Shown: piece after piece, positions 50,513 to 63,956 of the stretch | Position numbering within the stretch: the first letter of the stretch is position 1 | How the letters are laid out: every line of letters begins with the position of its first letter | NCBI RefSeq assembly: GCF_006345805.1 | Contig: NC_042997.1 | Span: 171,926,001-171,990,000 of the forward strand | Direction of reading: 5' to 3' | Source of the DNA: Octopus sinensis | Lineage: Eukaryota | Length of the DNA stretch: 64,000 bases | The notes under the pieces: model-generated | What the model was told of the DNA's origin: nothing | The model's input: the letters and a program-made list of their open reading frames with translations, nothing else | Databases searched by the model: none | Position numbers and translations under genes: made by a program

Positions 50513-50732
50513 CCCTTCAGCATTCAAACCATCCATATCAGGCCCAAATATTCTACTTGTTTTGTGTGTGAACTGACCAGCTCATGCCTCTCACAACTAC
50601 CCTGCAACGTCATTCTAAAAGTAAACAAGCACATCATCAAAATACAACGTTACAAGACAATGTATGATTAATTAAAATCAATTTGTATAAATAAGCTATA
50701 TATTTGACAGACTAATCTGAATACTAAAGGAG
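50513..50732. mobile_element. piggyBac-like MITE (further family)
   Basis: TTAA-CCCTTCAGCATTCA ... TGAATACTAAAGGAG-TAA. Confidence 0.55.
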
Positions 50733-50808
50733 TAATGATTGGCTGTGTATATGTGCACAGGAAAGGAAGATTCACTGGAATATCTTATTTTCAACATTGC
50801 TAGCTTAA

Positions 50809-51034
50809 CCCTTTCGTTACCAACCCGGCTGAAACTGGCTCTGGCTCTGAGTACAAATGTCTTGTTTTTCATCAGTTTTGAATTAAAATCTTCCACCAAA
50901 CCTTAGTCACAATTTATGTTCCTAACACTAGCTTAATGACAACGAAGTTATTTTACTAAATTCTTTGTCATATTTAAAGTACTTGAAAGAAACACAGAAC
51001 ATCTCAAAATAAATATAGTAACGGTAAGAAAGGG
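50809..51034 (+). mobile_element. piggyBac-like MITE with TTAA target duplication
   Basis: TTAA-CCCTTTCGTTAC ... GTAAGAAAGGG-TTAA; the right end is locally duplicated. Confidence 0.8.
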
Positions 51035-51164
51035 TTAATATAGAAAGGGTTAATATGTTCCCTAAATGTTTTTAATGATGGTATTGAGAAATGACATGGG
51101 TCACAAAGAGACATTCTTCATCACACAACCATGTCTGTATATATTAGGTTGCTTGGAAAATACT

Positions 51165-51545
51165 CTTTTACTCTTTTACTTGGTTCAGTCATTTGACTAC
51201 AGCCATGCTGGAGCACCGCCTTTAGTCAAACAAATTGACCCTAGGGCTTATTCTTTGTAAGCTTAGTACTTATTCTATCAGTATCTTTTGCCAAACTGCT
51301 AAGTTACAGGAATGTAAACACACCAACATCAGTTGTCAAGTGATGGTGGGGGGATGAACACAAACACACAAACACATACATATATACAATGGGCTTCTTT
51401 CAGTTTCCCTCTACCAAATCCACTGACAAGGCTTTGGTTGGCCCGAGGCTATAGTAGAAAACACTTGCCCAAGGTGCCACACAGTTGACTGAACATGGAA
51501 CCATATGGTTGAGAAGCAAGCTTCTTACCACACAGCCACTCCTGT
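51165..51545 (-). mobile_element. SINE family B
   Basis: Full-length copy. Confidence 0.8.
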
Positions 51546-52772
51546 CCAACTTTATGAAAACATTTTTTCAAATTCTATTTAAGATGTTATTTTCATAGTG
51601 TTTTGGATAAAATTTTACAAGCTTAATAATTGACGTGTACTCTTTAATAAATTTTTATTGATTTCTTTCAGTATATAATTTTGAAGCTTAAAATTCTTTA
51701 ATTTCAAATATGAAAAAAAGGAGAAATATGTTTGCTTTTTTTGCATGAATTTAAGCTTTCCATAATACTTTAATTTCATTAAAATATGTTCTGTAAACAA
51801 TATATTTTAGAGGAGTTGTCTAAAATAAACCCTACCTGCCTTTTTCTTTGGAGAAGGTTATTTTAAAATTCTGAAAAATTGTTTTAAAATTTTATTTTTT
51901 CTCACAAATTTATTTTGCCAACTCTTACACTTTCCAACTTGGCATAGAGAACAAGCAGTAACATTCCCATTTCCTGCTAGAAAATTTTGGTTTAAAGTCA
52001 TGCTTAGTCTTTTGGGGTTAAGGTTAGAGTTTAAGTTTAAGGTTCAGGGTCTAGGGCTAGGTTTTAGGATCAGGACATAAAGATTAAGGTTAGAGTTACA
52101 TGGAGAAGGGAAATATTCAAAAGAAATTGGCAAAAATTGTGATTTTTTAAACTCACAATTGTAGTCTCTCCAGCAAAACCTGAAAAACATAATTTTTTCT
52201 TTCCCCAAAAAGGTTAGAGAGAAGATGTTTATTGCTCAACTCTGTCATGTCCCAATGCATGGTACCTTGGGCAAGTGTCTTCTACTATAACTTCAGGACA
52301 ACCAAAGCTTTGTGAGTGTATTTAGTAGATGGAAAGTGAAAGAAGCCCATCATATATATTTATATATTCATTTTTTTATAGTGTTAAAGAAACAATCAGT
52401 ATCACTACAAACTAATGGCAGGAATTAGTGATCACTGACTGTCCAATGTGCCATGCAAAGGCACCAACAGACCAAAGAAGAAGAATATATCTATGTCCGT
52501 GTATCTTTGTGTCTGTGTTTGTCACCCCCCCCCACTGCTTGGCAACTGCTCTTGGTTTGTTTACATCCCCATAATTTGGTTGTTTAAAAAAAAGAAACTG
52601 ATAGGATAAGCACTAAACTTTAAAAAATCCTGAGGTCAATTTGTTCAACTAAGACTCTTCAATGCAGTGCTCCAGCATGGCCGCAGTCAAATGACTGAGA
52701 TAAGTTAGAAGTAAAAGATAAAAGATTTCATATCTGTGTCTTGCAGTTCCTACTGATCATTGCCTCTTCTCC

Positions 52773-52859
52773 TTACTATGAGAAGGTGAGGCAGAGCAGG
52801 CTTCTGCTCTGCCTTACCTTCTCATAGTAATCCTAGAGGATTACTATGAAAAGGTGAGG
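52773..52859. repeat. Double fold-back hairpin
   Basis: ttactatgagaaggtgaggcagagcag-gctt-ctgctctgccttaccttctcatagtaa-tcctagagga-ttactatgaaaaggtgagg. Confidence 0.9.
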
Positions 52860-53038
52860 AGTGGCTGTGTGATAGGAGTGACTGTAAGTAAGTAGCTTGC
52901 TTGCCAACTACATGGTTCAGGGTTCAGTCCCACTGCGTGGCACCTTGGGCAAGTGTCTTCTACTATAGCCTCGGGCCAACCAAAGCCTTGTGAGTGGATT
53001 TGATAGATGGAAACTGAAAGAAGCCCATCGTATATATG

Positions 53039-53088
<50 letters not shown>

Positions 53089-53315
53089 TGTATGTGTGTA
53101 TATGTTTGTGTGTCTGTGTTTGTCCCCCCACCATCACTTGACAACTGATGCTGGTGTGTTTATGTCCCTGTAACTTAGCGGTTCAGTGAAAGGACTGATA
53201 GAATAAGTAGTAGTGCTACAAAAATAAGTCCTAGGGTCGATTTGCTCGACTAAAAGGCGGTGCTCCAGCATGGCCACAGTCAAATGACTGAAAGAAGTAA
53301 AAGAGTAAAAGAGTA
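52860..53315 (+). mobile_element. SINE family B
   Basis: Full-length copy; neighbours at 52240-52725(+), 56805-57220(+) and 58415-58807(-). Confidence 0.8.
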
Positions 53316-54262
53316 AACCCCCAAGCATGAAACTGATCCCCCTCCCCACCAGGGGTCGTAGTCCTGTAAACTGCATGGTGATTTCAATAGTACTCAATAG
53401 AACAACTGGCATGAATAAAACACCGAGTCCATGCTGTAGAATGATTGGCATTAGGAAGCAGACATTAGAGCTTGATGCAGTTCTTGAACATGCCATTTTC
53501 TGTCAAACTGTCCAACTCATGCTACTGTCGAATATGGACATTAAACGATGATGTATATACATCAAAAATACATTGACTGAGTTATCATGGTTGGAATGTG
53601 ATTGTTTCATTTCTTTTTGTTGTGGTTTATTGTAATTTGAGCAATAGTTTACAACCGGTATAACTGTGCTGTCAAAAATAATGTTATTTTACAAGAAATA
53701 ATCTGACAAAACATACATTCTATATATTTGATATAGACTTGTAATGTATGAATAATAAAGATTTTATTGAAAATACTTTGAAGGATTAGATCCAAAGAGA
53801 ACAAGAAATGAGAACTTTTACATAAATCGTTTTAGTATTTTATTGACGTTAAATCAATAAAAACATGTTTATTGTTGATTTTTTCTAACTAGTATTTTAT
53901 TAAATGACAATAAAGAAAAGCAACTGCCATTCATGCGTATTGTAAAAAGATATTAATATTCATGACTGAAAACAAGGAATGTAGAAAATTCTGTGGAATT
54001 TACTACCCACAGTTTAGTTATTCTTTTTTATTGATGACCAATAAAATCCCTTGAACATTTTCATTTCCAAAAGCAACACAGCTAACTCATAGCCTTCATC
54101 ATAAGTTCTACCAATGAAGTATATGGTAAAAAAATTATGTAAACAATAGAATATATATATGAATAATTTAGTAGGGCAGAAAAGATAACATACATATATA
54201 TTCTTGGCACTCTGTCGCTTATGACGACAAGGGTTCCAGTTGATCTGATCAACGGAACAGCC

Positions 54263-55620
54263 TTCAGCTTTCTACTTTCTGGTTTTGAGAAGCTCAATTC
54301 CTCAAGATTAGTATTTAAGCAATGTGTTACATATCCCAGAGCTCCAATAATTACAGGTATAAACCTGAACTTGTAATCTGGATAAAATAACTGCAGATTT
54401 CTTAATAGTTCAGCATAGGTGTTCTCTTTTTTTCACTGGTCCTCAGCTTTATGTTAACATCCTCTGGGCAGTTGATTTCCACAACTGTACAGTTACTCTT
54501 CTCTATCCTAAATCATTATATCAGGTCTATTGTGTTTACATTTTACAGGGATTTTCACTGGGACATTCCACCAATACTTCTTTTTATTATGAGTTGCTAT
54601 TGCTTCTACCATACTGTGGGTTCTTATTTCTTTGCCTTCGGGGTTATCTTTCTGATGGATTTCATTATATAATGTTCTAGCTACAACAGCATGTCTCATC
54701 AGTAGATAATACCATGATGACATTTTTGGACAACTGCTTATGATGTGGATAATATCTTCAGTGTTAACTCCACAAAATCTGTATCAGTTGTCACATTATG
54801 CTGCTTTTCCTGCATCTCCATCCCTTTTGTATATCAGATATTTGGTTGATATTTCCTGTTCCTGGATTGCAAACACATACCCTTCGAATGGGATGTAGTA
54901 ATCTGGTTGTTGGTCCATGATAGACTGCTTTGATGATCAATATTACTATCATCTCGGAGATTTCTAATAACATATCCATGCAAAGTCTTCTGCTCATATA
55001 CGCACATCCTTTCATTTGATTATATATTAAAGAAGTCATGCAACTTCTTTGGGCATGTATTTAAGGTTATCAGACAAGGAATGCTGTTCAAGGATGTGCC
55101 TTTCATGTTGTATGATGTTATCAGCCTTATGTATACAAACTTGGTCAAGAGATGCACTTTGACACTTGGTGGTTAAAACATGTTGCCGAAGGGATATGAT
55201 ATGACATTCAAAGGCAGTTTGAATCAATCTTAAGCCTCTGCTGACTTATTTTCTTTTTAGGTACAGGTGGTTTATATAATTGTTGATGTGGAAATTATGT
55301 GTGCTTGTTAGTATCTTCTGGGTTTTCACACCAATGGCTCAGATCTCATCAAACGTCCAGTCAAGCAGCCCAAATGTTGGTATGAGTATTGGCACTGCAA
55401 ACACATTGTGGGCCAGTTTTATTGAATGCAAAGAGTTCCGAGGTCCAAATTTTCTTTATTTGACAGCAATATTCTTTTGTAATACATGTTTTGTTACAGT
55501 ACCATTGTAAGATATGTTTTCATTCACCCCTAGATACCTGTAACATTCCATATTAGATGGAAGGGAAACTGTTAAGTCGTTGATAGAGATGTTAATAGTC
55601 TGGTTTACAGTTTTCTCCCT
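54263..55620 (-). mobile_element. R4/Dong-type retrotransposon remnant
   Basis: EDIIHIISSCPKMSSWYYLLMRHAVVARTLY (CCHC/RH), KYWWNVPVKIPVKCKHNRPDIMI (RLE PD motif), IPVIIGALG. Confidence 0.8.
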
Positions 55621-55621
55621 T

Positions 55622-55960
55622 TCGTGGACATGTTTACAAAGTCAGAAAACAGCACAGCTCACATGACTTTCGGAAACATTTTTTCACGCTAAGAGTTGCT
55701 GAAGTATGGAACAAACTGCTGGCATCAGTTGTTAGTTGTTGGAGCACTGCATCCTTCAAAACTTCCATGCTTCCTGAGATTCGGCAACACTACACCTGAT
55801 TTTCTCCATACACACGCAAGCATGTATCTGACTCGTACACTGTTTACTTCCCAGACATTTGTACATTACTGCATATGCTTTATACGCACTTTTGCCAAGT
55901 TGTGGTGCACCTGAGCACTGTATACAATAATTTCATTATTATTATTATTATTATTTTATT
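55622..55960 (+). mobile_element. CR1-clade LINE 3' end
   Basis: RGHVYKV...RKHFFTLRVAEVWNKLLASVV...SFK, then a 3' UTR and (ATT)n tail. Confidence 0.75.
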
Positions 55961-56249
55961 ATTATTATTATATTATTATTATTATATTATATTATATAGC
56001 AACATTTATCCTGACCAGACTCCAACCCTACATCCTTTGAGGATGTTGTAACCCGGTCAAGGCTGTTTTTGATCTCATGCATATTCTTTGCATATAGTTT
56101 CAAGTCATCCACAAAGAAACAGTGTGTATGTATGTATATATGTATGTATGTATATGTATGTATGTATGTATGTATGTATATGTATGTATGTAACTAAGCA
56201 TGTAGCAACTTATGTTTGTGTGTGTATATACAAGGACTGGTGCTATAAA

Positions 56250-56521
56250 ACAGAAAACTACTACACATATCAATTTAGCATTTAATCTTCTTTGAAGTCG
56301 TCCCCTTCTGATGCCGCACACTTTATTCAGCATTGTTTCCACTGATGAAAGCATTCCTAAGAACTACGTTTTTGTGATAGCAAGCTGCTGCCTTGTCCTA
56401 TTCTCTGGCAGAAAACATTTAATTGGATTTGGTTGACAGAAACTGAAAGAAGCCTATTATATATGTATATATATATATATATATATATGAATGTGTGTGT
56501 GTTTGTTGTGTGTGTGTTTGT

Positions 56522-56557
<36 letters not shown>

Positions 56558-56800
56558 AATGTGCATGTGTGTGTATGCATGTGTATGTGTGCACATGTGT
56601 GTGCTTGCCTGCATCTCTTTGTCATTATGTGATGGTTGTAAATGAGTATCACCTTCATACAAGCTGTATCACACGCTTTCAATCTTCTGTGAAAGAATGT
56701 CCAGATATTGGGAAATATATCTCTTCATCTGGAAACGAGTGAAGGTTGGCAACAGATAGGGACTCTGCCTGTAAAAAAAAAAAATCTCCTCAACAAACTT
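56250..56800 (-). mobile_element. Mariner remnant split by a SINE fragment and microsatellite
   Basis: Minus strand C-terminus ...EGDDFKED*, resembling mariner GDYFEGD*. Confidence 0.45.
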
Positions 56801-57249
56801 TTCCATGAGTGGTTGTGTGGTAAGAAGTTTGCTTACCAACCACATGGTTCCGGGTTCAGTTCCACTGCATGGCACCTTGGGCAAGTATCTTCTAGTATAG
56901 CCTCGGGCTGACCAAAGCCTTGTGAGTGGATTTTGTAGACAGAAACTGAAAGAAGCCCATTGTATATGTGTATATGTATATAATATGTGTGTGTGTGTGT
57001 TCGTCTCCCCCAACATTGCTTGACAATCAATGCTGGTGTTTTTACATCCCCGTAACTTAGCTTCCTTACCATAACCACAGCCCCAATACTTGAGTATTAG
57101 GCTTACAAAGTACTAGGCTTACAAAGAATAAGACTTGGGGTTGATTTGCTCGACTAAAAGCGGTGCTCCAGCATGGCCAAAGTCAACTGGCTGAAACAAG
57201 TAAAGGAGTGAAAGAGTAACTCATGCAAACACAGAAAAGTAGCTGTTAA

Positions 57250-57323
57250 AATGATAATGGTGATGGTGGTGGTGGTGGTGGTGACGACCACGACGATGAT
57301 GATAATGATGGTGATGACGATGG

Positions 57324-57364
<41 letters not shown>

Positions 57365-57365
57365 C

Positions 57366-57401
<36 letters not shown>

Positions 57402-57506
57402 CGATGATGATGATGATAATGATGGTGATGACGATGGTGATGATGATAATGATGGTGATGACGATGGTGATGATGATGATGATGATAATGATGGTGATGA
57501 TGATGG

Positions 57507-57539
<33 letters not shown>

Positions 57540-57575
57540 CAACGATGATGGCTATGATAAAACAATGATGATGAC
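57250..57575. repeat. (GAT)n compound microsatellite
   Basis: Direct reading. Confidence 0.95.
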
Positions 57576-57844
57576 AATTGCAGAATCAGCAACACAGAAG
57601 AGAATCCATACTTTTCCATCAGCAGTCCTAAAATCGCTGACATGTTCAGCAATTGCTGACTGAATTGAAAAATCATTTGCTGATTATCTCTGCCACAGTT
57701 TAAAACTCTACGTGTTATCTTCTTTCAGGTTCACTTCTATGCCATTATCTCATTTCTTGTGCGTGACCCTCAAATAATAAAACATTAACACAAAAGAAAT
57801 TTGTTGAACGTTATTTCTACATTTTTATATCACTGAATTTCAAG

Positions 57845-58405
57845 TCGTCGTCGTTGTTGCCGATGTCATTGTCATCATCGTCATTATCATTATCATTATC
57901 ACCATCATCATCATCATCATCAGTGGTAGTGTCAGTGGTGGAAGTGGTGGTGGCAGAGACAGAGACTGGAAGGGTGGCAGTGGCTGCAGTAGCAGAAGCG
58001 ATGGTAGTGGCAGTAGCAGTGGAAGTGGCAGAAGCAGCAGCAGTAACAATAGCAGAGGCAGCAGTGGCAGCAGCAATAGCAATGGCAGCGGTGGCAGCAG
58101 TTGCAGCAATGCAAGAACTGGCAGCGATGACTGTGGAGGCAGCAATGGAGGCAGCAGCGGAAGTGGCAGCAGAGGCAGTAGTGGTGATGGCATTGGCAGT
58201 GGTAGAAGCTGCAGCAGCAGCACTGAAAGCAGCAGTAGCAGTGGAAGCAGTGGAAGCAGCAAAAGCGGAAGCAGCAGCAGCAGAAGCAGTGGAAGCAGAA
58301 GCAGCGGAAGCAGCAGTAGCTGTCGAAGCAGCGGCAGCAGAAGTAGTGGCAGCAGTGGAAGAAGCAGCAGCAGCGACAGCATCATCATTATCATGGTCAT
58401 CATTG
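57845..58405. repeat. Cryptic (GCA/GTG/GGA) trinucleotide tract between (TCA)n blocks
   Basis: Direct reading; source of the poly-Ala and poly-Leu ORFs. Confidence 0.85.
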
Positions 58406-58974
58406 ATTTCGTACTCTTTACTCTTTTATTTGTTTCAGTCAGTTGACTGCGGCCATGCTGGAGCACCGCCTTTGGTCGAGCAACTCGACCCCAGGACTTA
58501 TTCTTTGTAAGCCCAGTACTATTCTATCAGTCTCTTTTGCCGAACCGCTAAGTGACGGGGATATAAACACACCAGCATCGGTTGTCAAGCAATGCTAGCG
58601 GGACAAGCACAAACATACATGCACACACACATATACATATATATGATGGCTTTCTTTCATTTTCCGTCTACCAAATCCACTCACAAGGCTTTGGTCGGCC
58701 CGAGGCTATAGTAGAAGACACTTGCCCAAGGTGCCACGCAGTGGGACTGAACCCAGAACCATGTGGTTGGTAAACAAGCTACTTACCACACAGCCACTCC
58801 TGCGCCTCATCTTCACATTTCCAAGCTTGTGTGGATTGAACTGAGCTGATTTTCTACAGCTGGATGCTCATCCTGTTAGCAACCCTCACTTGTTTACATA
58901 CATACATACATGCATACTTGCAAGCATGCATATATAAATACATACATGCATGTATACATACACACACACATACA

Positions 58975-59370
58975 TGATGGTCATCCACTCGTGACCGAGG
59001 AAGACCATTGCTGACCTTTAAGAATATTGTGCGCTCTAGGACATTTGCAGCTCCATTGGTGGCTAATGAGCCCTGCTCTTGACAAGCATACACAACTGCA
59101 AACATTGAAAGTCAAGCTTTCCACATTCACTATGCAAGCAATATGCTTTTGAGCAGCACGCTTAAATTCTTCATGAAGAATACATGCTCTCTCAAAGGTG
59201 TCAACTACCTCCTTAATCTGCTTCCTCCATCTGTAGTGATGACAGGCATTGCTCTCCTAGTCAGCCTCCTGCATATCACAGGCCTTTAATGAGGACTTGA
59301 CACAGTCCTTAAATTGCAGTCTTGGTTTCTGCAAGGGTCTCTTTCCACTAGCAAGTTTTCCATATAGCAT
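58975..59370 (-). mobile_element. RTE (BovB-like) LINE 3' end remnant
   Basis: MLYGKLASGKRPLQKPRLQFKDCVKSSLK and terminal CSCVCLSRAGLISHQ. Confidence 0.7.
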
Positions 59371-59609
59371 ATATACATACACACATGCATGCATACATAC
59401 ATACATACATACATACATACATACATACATACATACATACATACATACATACATACATGCATGCATACATGAATGAATGCATACATACATATATACATAC
59501 TTACGTACCTATATACCTACGTACATGCATGCACGCATACATACATGCATGCATGCATACATACATACATACATACATACATACATACATACATACATAC
59601 ATACATACA

Positions 59610-59664
<55 letters not shown>

Positions 59665-59919
59665 CAGGTTTTTTTTTTCAGTTTCCATCTACTGAATCCA
59701 CTCACAAAGTTTCGATGAACTTGGTGCTATAGTAGAAGATACTTGCATAAGATTCCATGTAGTGGGACCGAACTCAAAGCCAAGCATTTGAGTAGTAAGC
59801 TTGTTAACAACACAGTCTCACCTATACCTATGATCTCACAGAGAACATATATCTAAACACCTTATACAACAGGCTGTATACGTCTTAATAATTCTTTCAT
59901 CCAGAGGATGTTAACATAA

Positions 59920-60117
59920 GCACAAGACGTCAAATTTGGGGGAAGGTTTAAGTCAATTACATCGACCCCAGTGCGTAACTGGTACTTATTTAATCGACCC
60001 TGAAAGGATGAAAGGCAAAGTCGACCTCAGCGGAATTTGAACCCAGAACGTAGCAGCAGACAAAATACTGCTAAGCATTTCACCCGGTGTGCTAGTGATT
60101 CTGCCAGCTCGCTGCCT
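59920..60117 (-). mobile_element. tRNA SINE family A
   Basis: Family A head and central domain. Confidence 0.85.
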
Positions 60118-60759
60118 TGTATACATCTTAATAATGCTGCATATATCGAAGTAGTTAATATATTTTCAACCTGTACACACTATATTTGTAAAAGCACATG
60201 TTATTTAACCACTTTGAATTCAAGTACAACAAATATTTAAATAAGTTTACATGTCTGGTTGAATAAGAGAAATTATTATATAACTTTATTGTTCCTATAT
60301 CTGCGAATCATTGATTTTCTACTCTGTTGGGTTTAATAGATACGATACAACCTATATTATACCAATAATGGTGGTTGCTGAAGCAGTGATGATAAGGATA
60401 TTTGACCATTATTACATCAAAATAGAATCCTTTCAAAGAAAAAGTAAACCGCCAGCCTGTTTCCATTTAAAGAAATCATATTTCTCTATTTAAAAGATAT
60501 ATCAATTTTAATAAAGAACTCAAGTTTCATGGCTGATTTGTGGAATGTTTCTCTATCTCAAATGTCTTGGACAAAAAAATTTTTTAATTGACAGTAAGCA
60601 AATTTGCACAATTTTTCAAATTTAAAGGGTATTAGGAAGATATGAGGAATGGTGAGGTGGAGATGTTATCAAACACCATTCATGTGGCATATTTTATAAA
60701 TATGCCTATTCAAGTATCCTAATGGCATGTATCTATTAGTAACTATTTTTGGTTGTGTA

Positions 60760-61122
60760 TTTAAAAGCACCGTCCGTTCGTGGCCGTTTGCCAGCTCTGT
60801 CTGGCCCCGTGTCAGTGGCACGTAAAAGCACCATCCGCTCGTGTTCGTTGCCAGCCTCGGCTGGCCCCGTGCCTGTGACACGTAAAAGCACTGTCCGTTC
60901 GTGGCCGTTTGCCAGCTCTGTCTGGCACCTGTGCAGGTGGCACGTAAAAAACACCCACTACACTCGCGGAGTGGTTGGCGTTAGGAAGGGCATCCAGCCG
61001 TAGAAACACTGCCAAATCTGACTGGGCCTGATGAAGCCTTCCGGCTTCACAGACCTCAGTTAAACCGTCCAACCCATGCTAGCATGGAAAACGGACGCTA
61101 AATGATGATGATGATGATGATT
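60760..61122 (+). mobile_element. RTE 3' UTR, 5'-truncated copy of the 21211-24307 family
   Basis: Near-identical to 24030-24307, with an extra internal repeat unit. Confidence 0.85.
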
Positions 61123-61314
61123 TATCTCTCCCTTGATGAAGAACTTGTTTGTTGATTCTACCTCTGATGGATCTTTAAACTCTGTGTGTGTGTATAAGAC
61201 TCCTTTTGTCCAAGGTGCAATACAGTGAGTGAGCCTGAATGGATGTCATTGGGAAGTCACATCTGTACGTATATAAATATATGTCTGTATGTGTATGTGT
61301 GTGTGTGTGTGTGT

Positions 61315-61357
<43 letters not shown>

Positions 61358-61554
61358 TTGTGTGCATGCATGCGTGTGTCTTTGTGTCTATTTTTGTGCC
61401 CCTGCCATCACTTGGCAACTGATAATGGTGTTTACGTCTCTATAACTTAGCAGTTTGGGAAAAAAAAGCCTATGGAATAAGTACTGGGTTTACAAAGAAT
61501 AAGTCCTGGGTTTTATTTCTTCATCTAACAAAATCCTTTAAGGTGGTGCTCCAG

Positions 61555-61838
61555 CATGGCCACAGACAAATGACTGAAACAAGTAAAAGAAGAAAAAGAA
61601 CTGGAGAGTTATACTAGAAATAAACAGATACGTATAAGAGTATAAACCATGTTAAGGACTCGACTCATCAGTAGCTTACTTAAAATTCCCATCTTATTTT
61701 GTTTAACATTGAAGCACCATCCGAGTAATCAAGTCCTTCACAGGGTTTATACTCTTATATGTATCTGTTTATTTCTAGTATAACGCTCCAGTTCTTTTTC
61801 TAGCTTTTACTTGTTTCAGTCATTTGTCTGTGGCCATG
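61555..61838. repeat. Fold-back inversion, ~105 bp arms with ~70 bp spacer
   Basis: catggccacagacaaatgactgaaacaagtaaaag...taagagtataaacc...aaggact is mirrored at 61731-61838. Confidence 0.9.
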
Positions 61839-63956
61839 TTGCCAGAGTGGCTAACTGGTTTCCGTACCGGTGGCATGTAAGAGGCACCATTCGAGCAGGA
61901 TCGTTGCCAGCATCGCCTTACTAACACCTGTGCCATCGGCATGTGTAAAAAGATTCGAGTGCAGTCACTGCCAGTACTACCTGAGTGGCCCCCGTGCTGG
62001 TGGCATGTAAAAGCACCCACTACACTCTCGGAGTGGTTGGCGTTAGGAAGGGCATCCAGCTGTAGAAACTCTGCCAGATCAAGACTGGAGCCTGGTGCAG
62101 CCATCTGGTTCGCCAGCCCTCAGTCAAAACGTCCAACCCATGCTAGCATGGAAAGCGGACGTTAAACGATGATGATGATGATGATAATGATTGAAGAAAG
62201 GGATATCTTTATGCTGTTTGTTGAATTATGTAGATTTTTCTTTAAGTGGACAAGTTTCAATAAGTTTTAATTTGGAATTCTAAATTAGGTATTTTTTTTT
62301 TTTAAATTGTTATTCATTTATTATGCAAAATATGCTGATATTTGATTTAATTATTTATTTTCTATGAGGTAAATTATTCAATATTTTTCAGCATCTGGAG
62401 GTTAAATTGCAGAAAGGAAAGCGAAACAGCCAGAGGTTAGATAAAGGAAATTATCCAATAAATTCTCATAGTCAGAAGTTGAACATGAGAATTGATTTAA
62501 TTTCTTCCAATGACCGAAGGAGAAATTTGACAACACATTTTAACAGCCAGAGGTTAAATAATAGAAAATTGGGTTACTCACGGCTAAAGCACATAAGTGA
62601 ATCTCACCAACAAGTTCACAGATCGATTCAACCTTTCCCTCATGGAAATTTCCTCAGAGTTAATCTCCTCCAGTATTCTGTGTGTTAGCTTTCATTTGTC
62701 TCAATTGGAATTTTTATTCAACAAGGGAATTATTTGCAGCACCAGTGAATATTTCATTTGCTTTTTCCTATATGAGAGACATCAAATTCTCAAGGTGGTG
62801 CTCCAGCATGGTCACAGTCCAATAACTGAAACAAGTAAATGGTATAACGTTTTTATTTTATACCATTTACTTGCTTCAGTTATTGGATTAGATTGAACCA
62901 TTCCACCATGCAATCATTGAAAATATCAAGGTTCAAAAGAGTATTAGTCTTTGCATACTTGTTGTTTCATCACCATGTGATTTGCAGTGCTTCCTTTCAT
63001 AAGAAGTCTTTGGTTTTGTAATCATGAAATAATATAACGCCTTTGGTTCAAAGAGAGAGAAAGAGAGAGAGAGAGAGTCGGTCTTCAAGAATTGTTGTGA
63101 AGTGACTGTAGCAATTCAGATTCTCCTTGGCTGGGCTTGTCAGAAAATACCTTGAGGCTAATTCTTCAGAGAAAATGTTTGAGTTCTTGGCAGCTGAAAG
63201 TTAAATAATAGAATTGTGTTGTTTCTGCAATTTTGGTGGAAAGGTTGAAATCTGTTCGTAGACATTCAAAAGAATGATTTTATTTTCAAAAATAAATATA
63301 TAGATAAATAAATAAATAGATAAATAAATAAATAAAAATAAATCAGTTTGAAGGATAACCAGACTACTGTTGATAACTGCAACAGAATATTTTTTGGCTA
63401 TTTTACTCCCAGCAAAGAGATAAATCTGAATAATTTTCCTTATTACTCTATAAATAAGTTTCTATTGAATATTATCTTTAAAACTGAATATTATTCATTT
63501 TATATCAAAAAATGAAATTCCATAGATATCACTGGCCAGGGACACAGAAATCAACTTGCAGTGAGATTCAGCAACTTATTTGGTAAGAGATTTAGCCAGG
63601 AGAAATTTTCTGTTATTTTAATCTCCAGCCATAGAAAAATATTGAATAATTAACCTCACAAATATCAAAAAAAAATACATGAAGATAGAAAAATATTTTT
63701 GTACTTTACCTTGAAAAATGTTAAAATATGTTTTTTTAAAAGGGATATTTTTGTATTTTACATTATAGTTACAGTACTGGCTTGAAGTTTAGAAGCTCAC
63801 TTTGCAACCGTTTGATTTTTCCTGGATTGAATCCTTTGTGCAGCATTTTGGTCAAGTGACTTAGTGTCTTCTGCTATAGCTTCAGGTTGACTAATTCCTT
63901 GTTAGTGAAATTCAGTAGATAGAAACTGAGCAGAAGCCAACATGCCATATATATAT

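Noticed and set aside
52012-52098. Interstitial telomeric repeat
   Set aside because: Only degenerate TTAGGG-like hexamers; probably part of an old element I cannot classify.
57221-57676. Poly-His, poly-Met and poly-Ser ORFs
   Set aside because: Translations of (GAT)n.
57840-58510. 208 and 218 aa poly-Leu and poly-Ala/Glu/Val ORFs
   Set aside because: Products of a trinucleotide tract; the plus ORF runs into a SINE and has no domain.
62407-62688. 93 aa plus-strand ORF with repeated NSQRL
   Set aside because: No recognisable domain and no partner exons.
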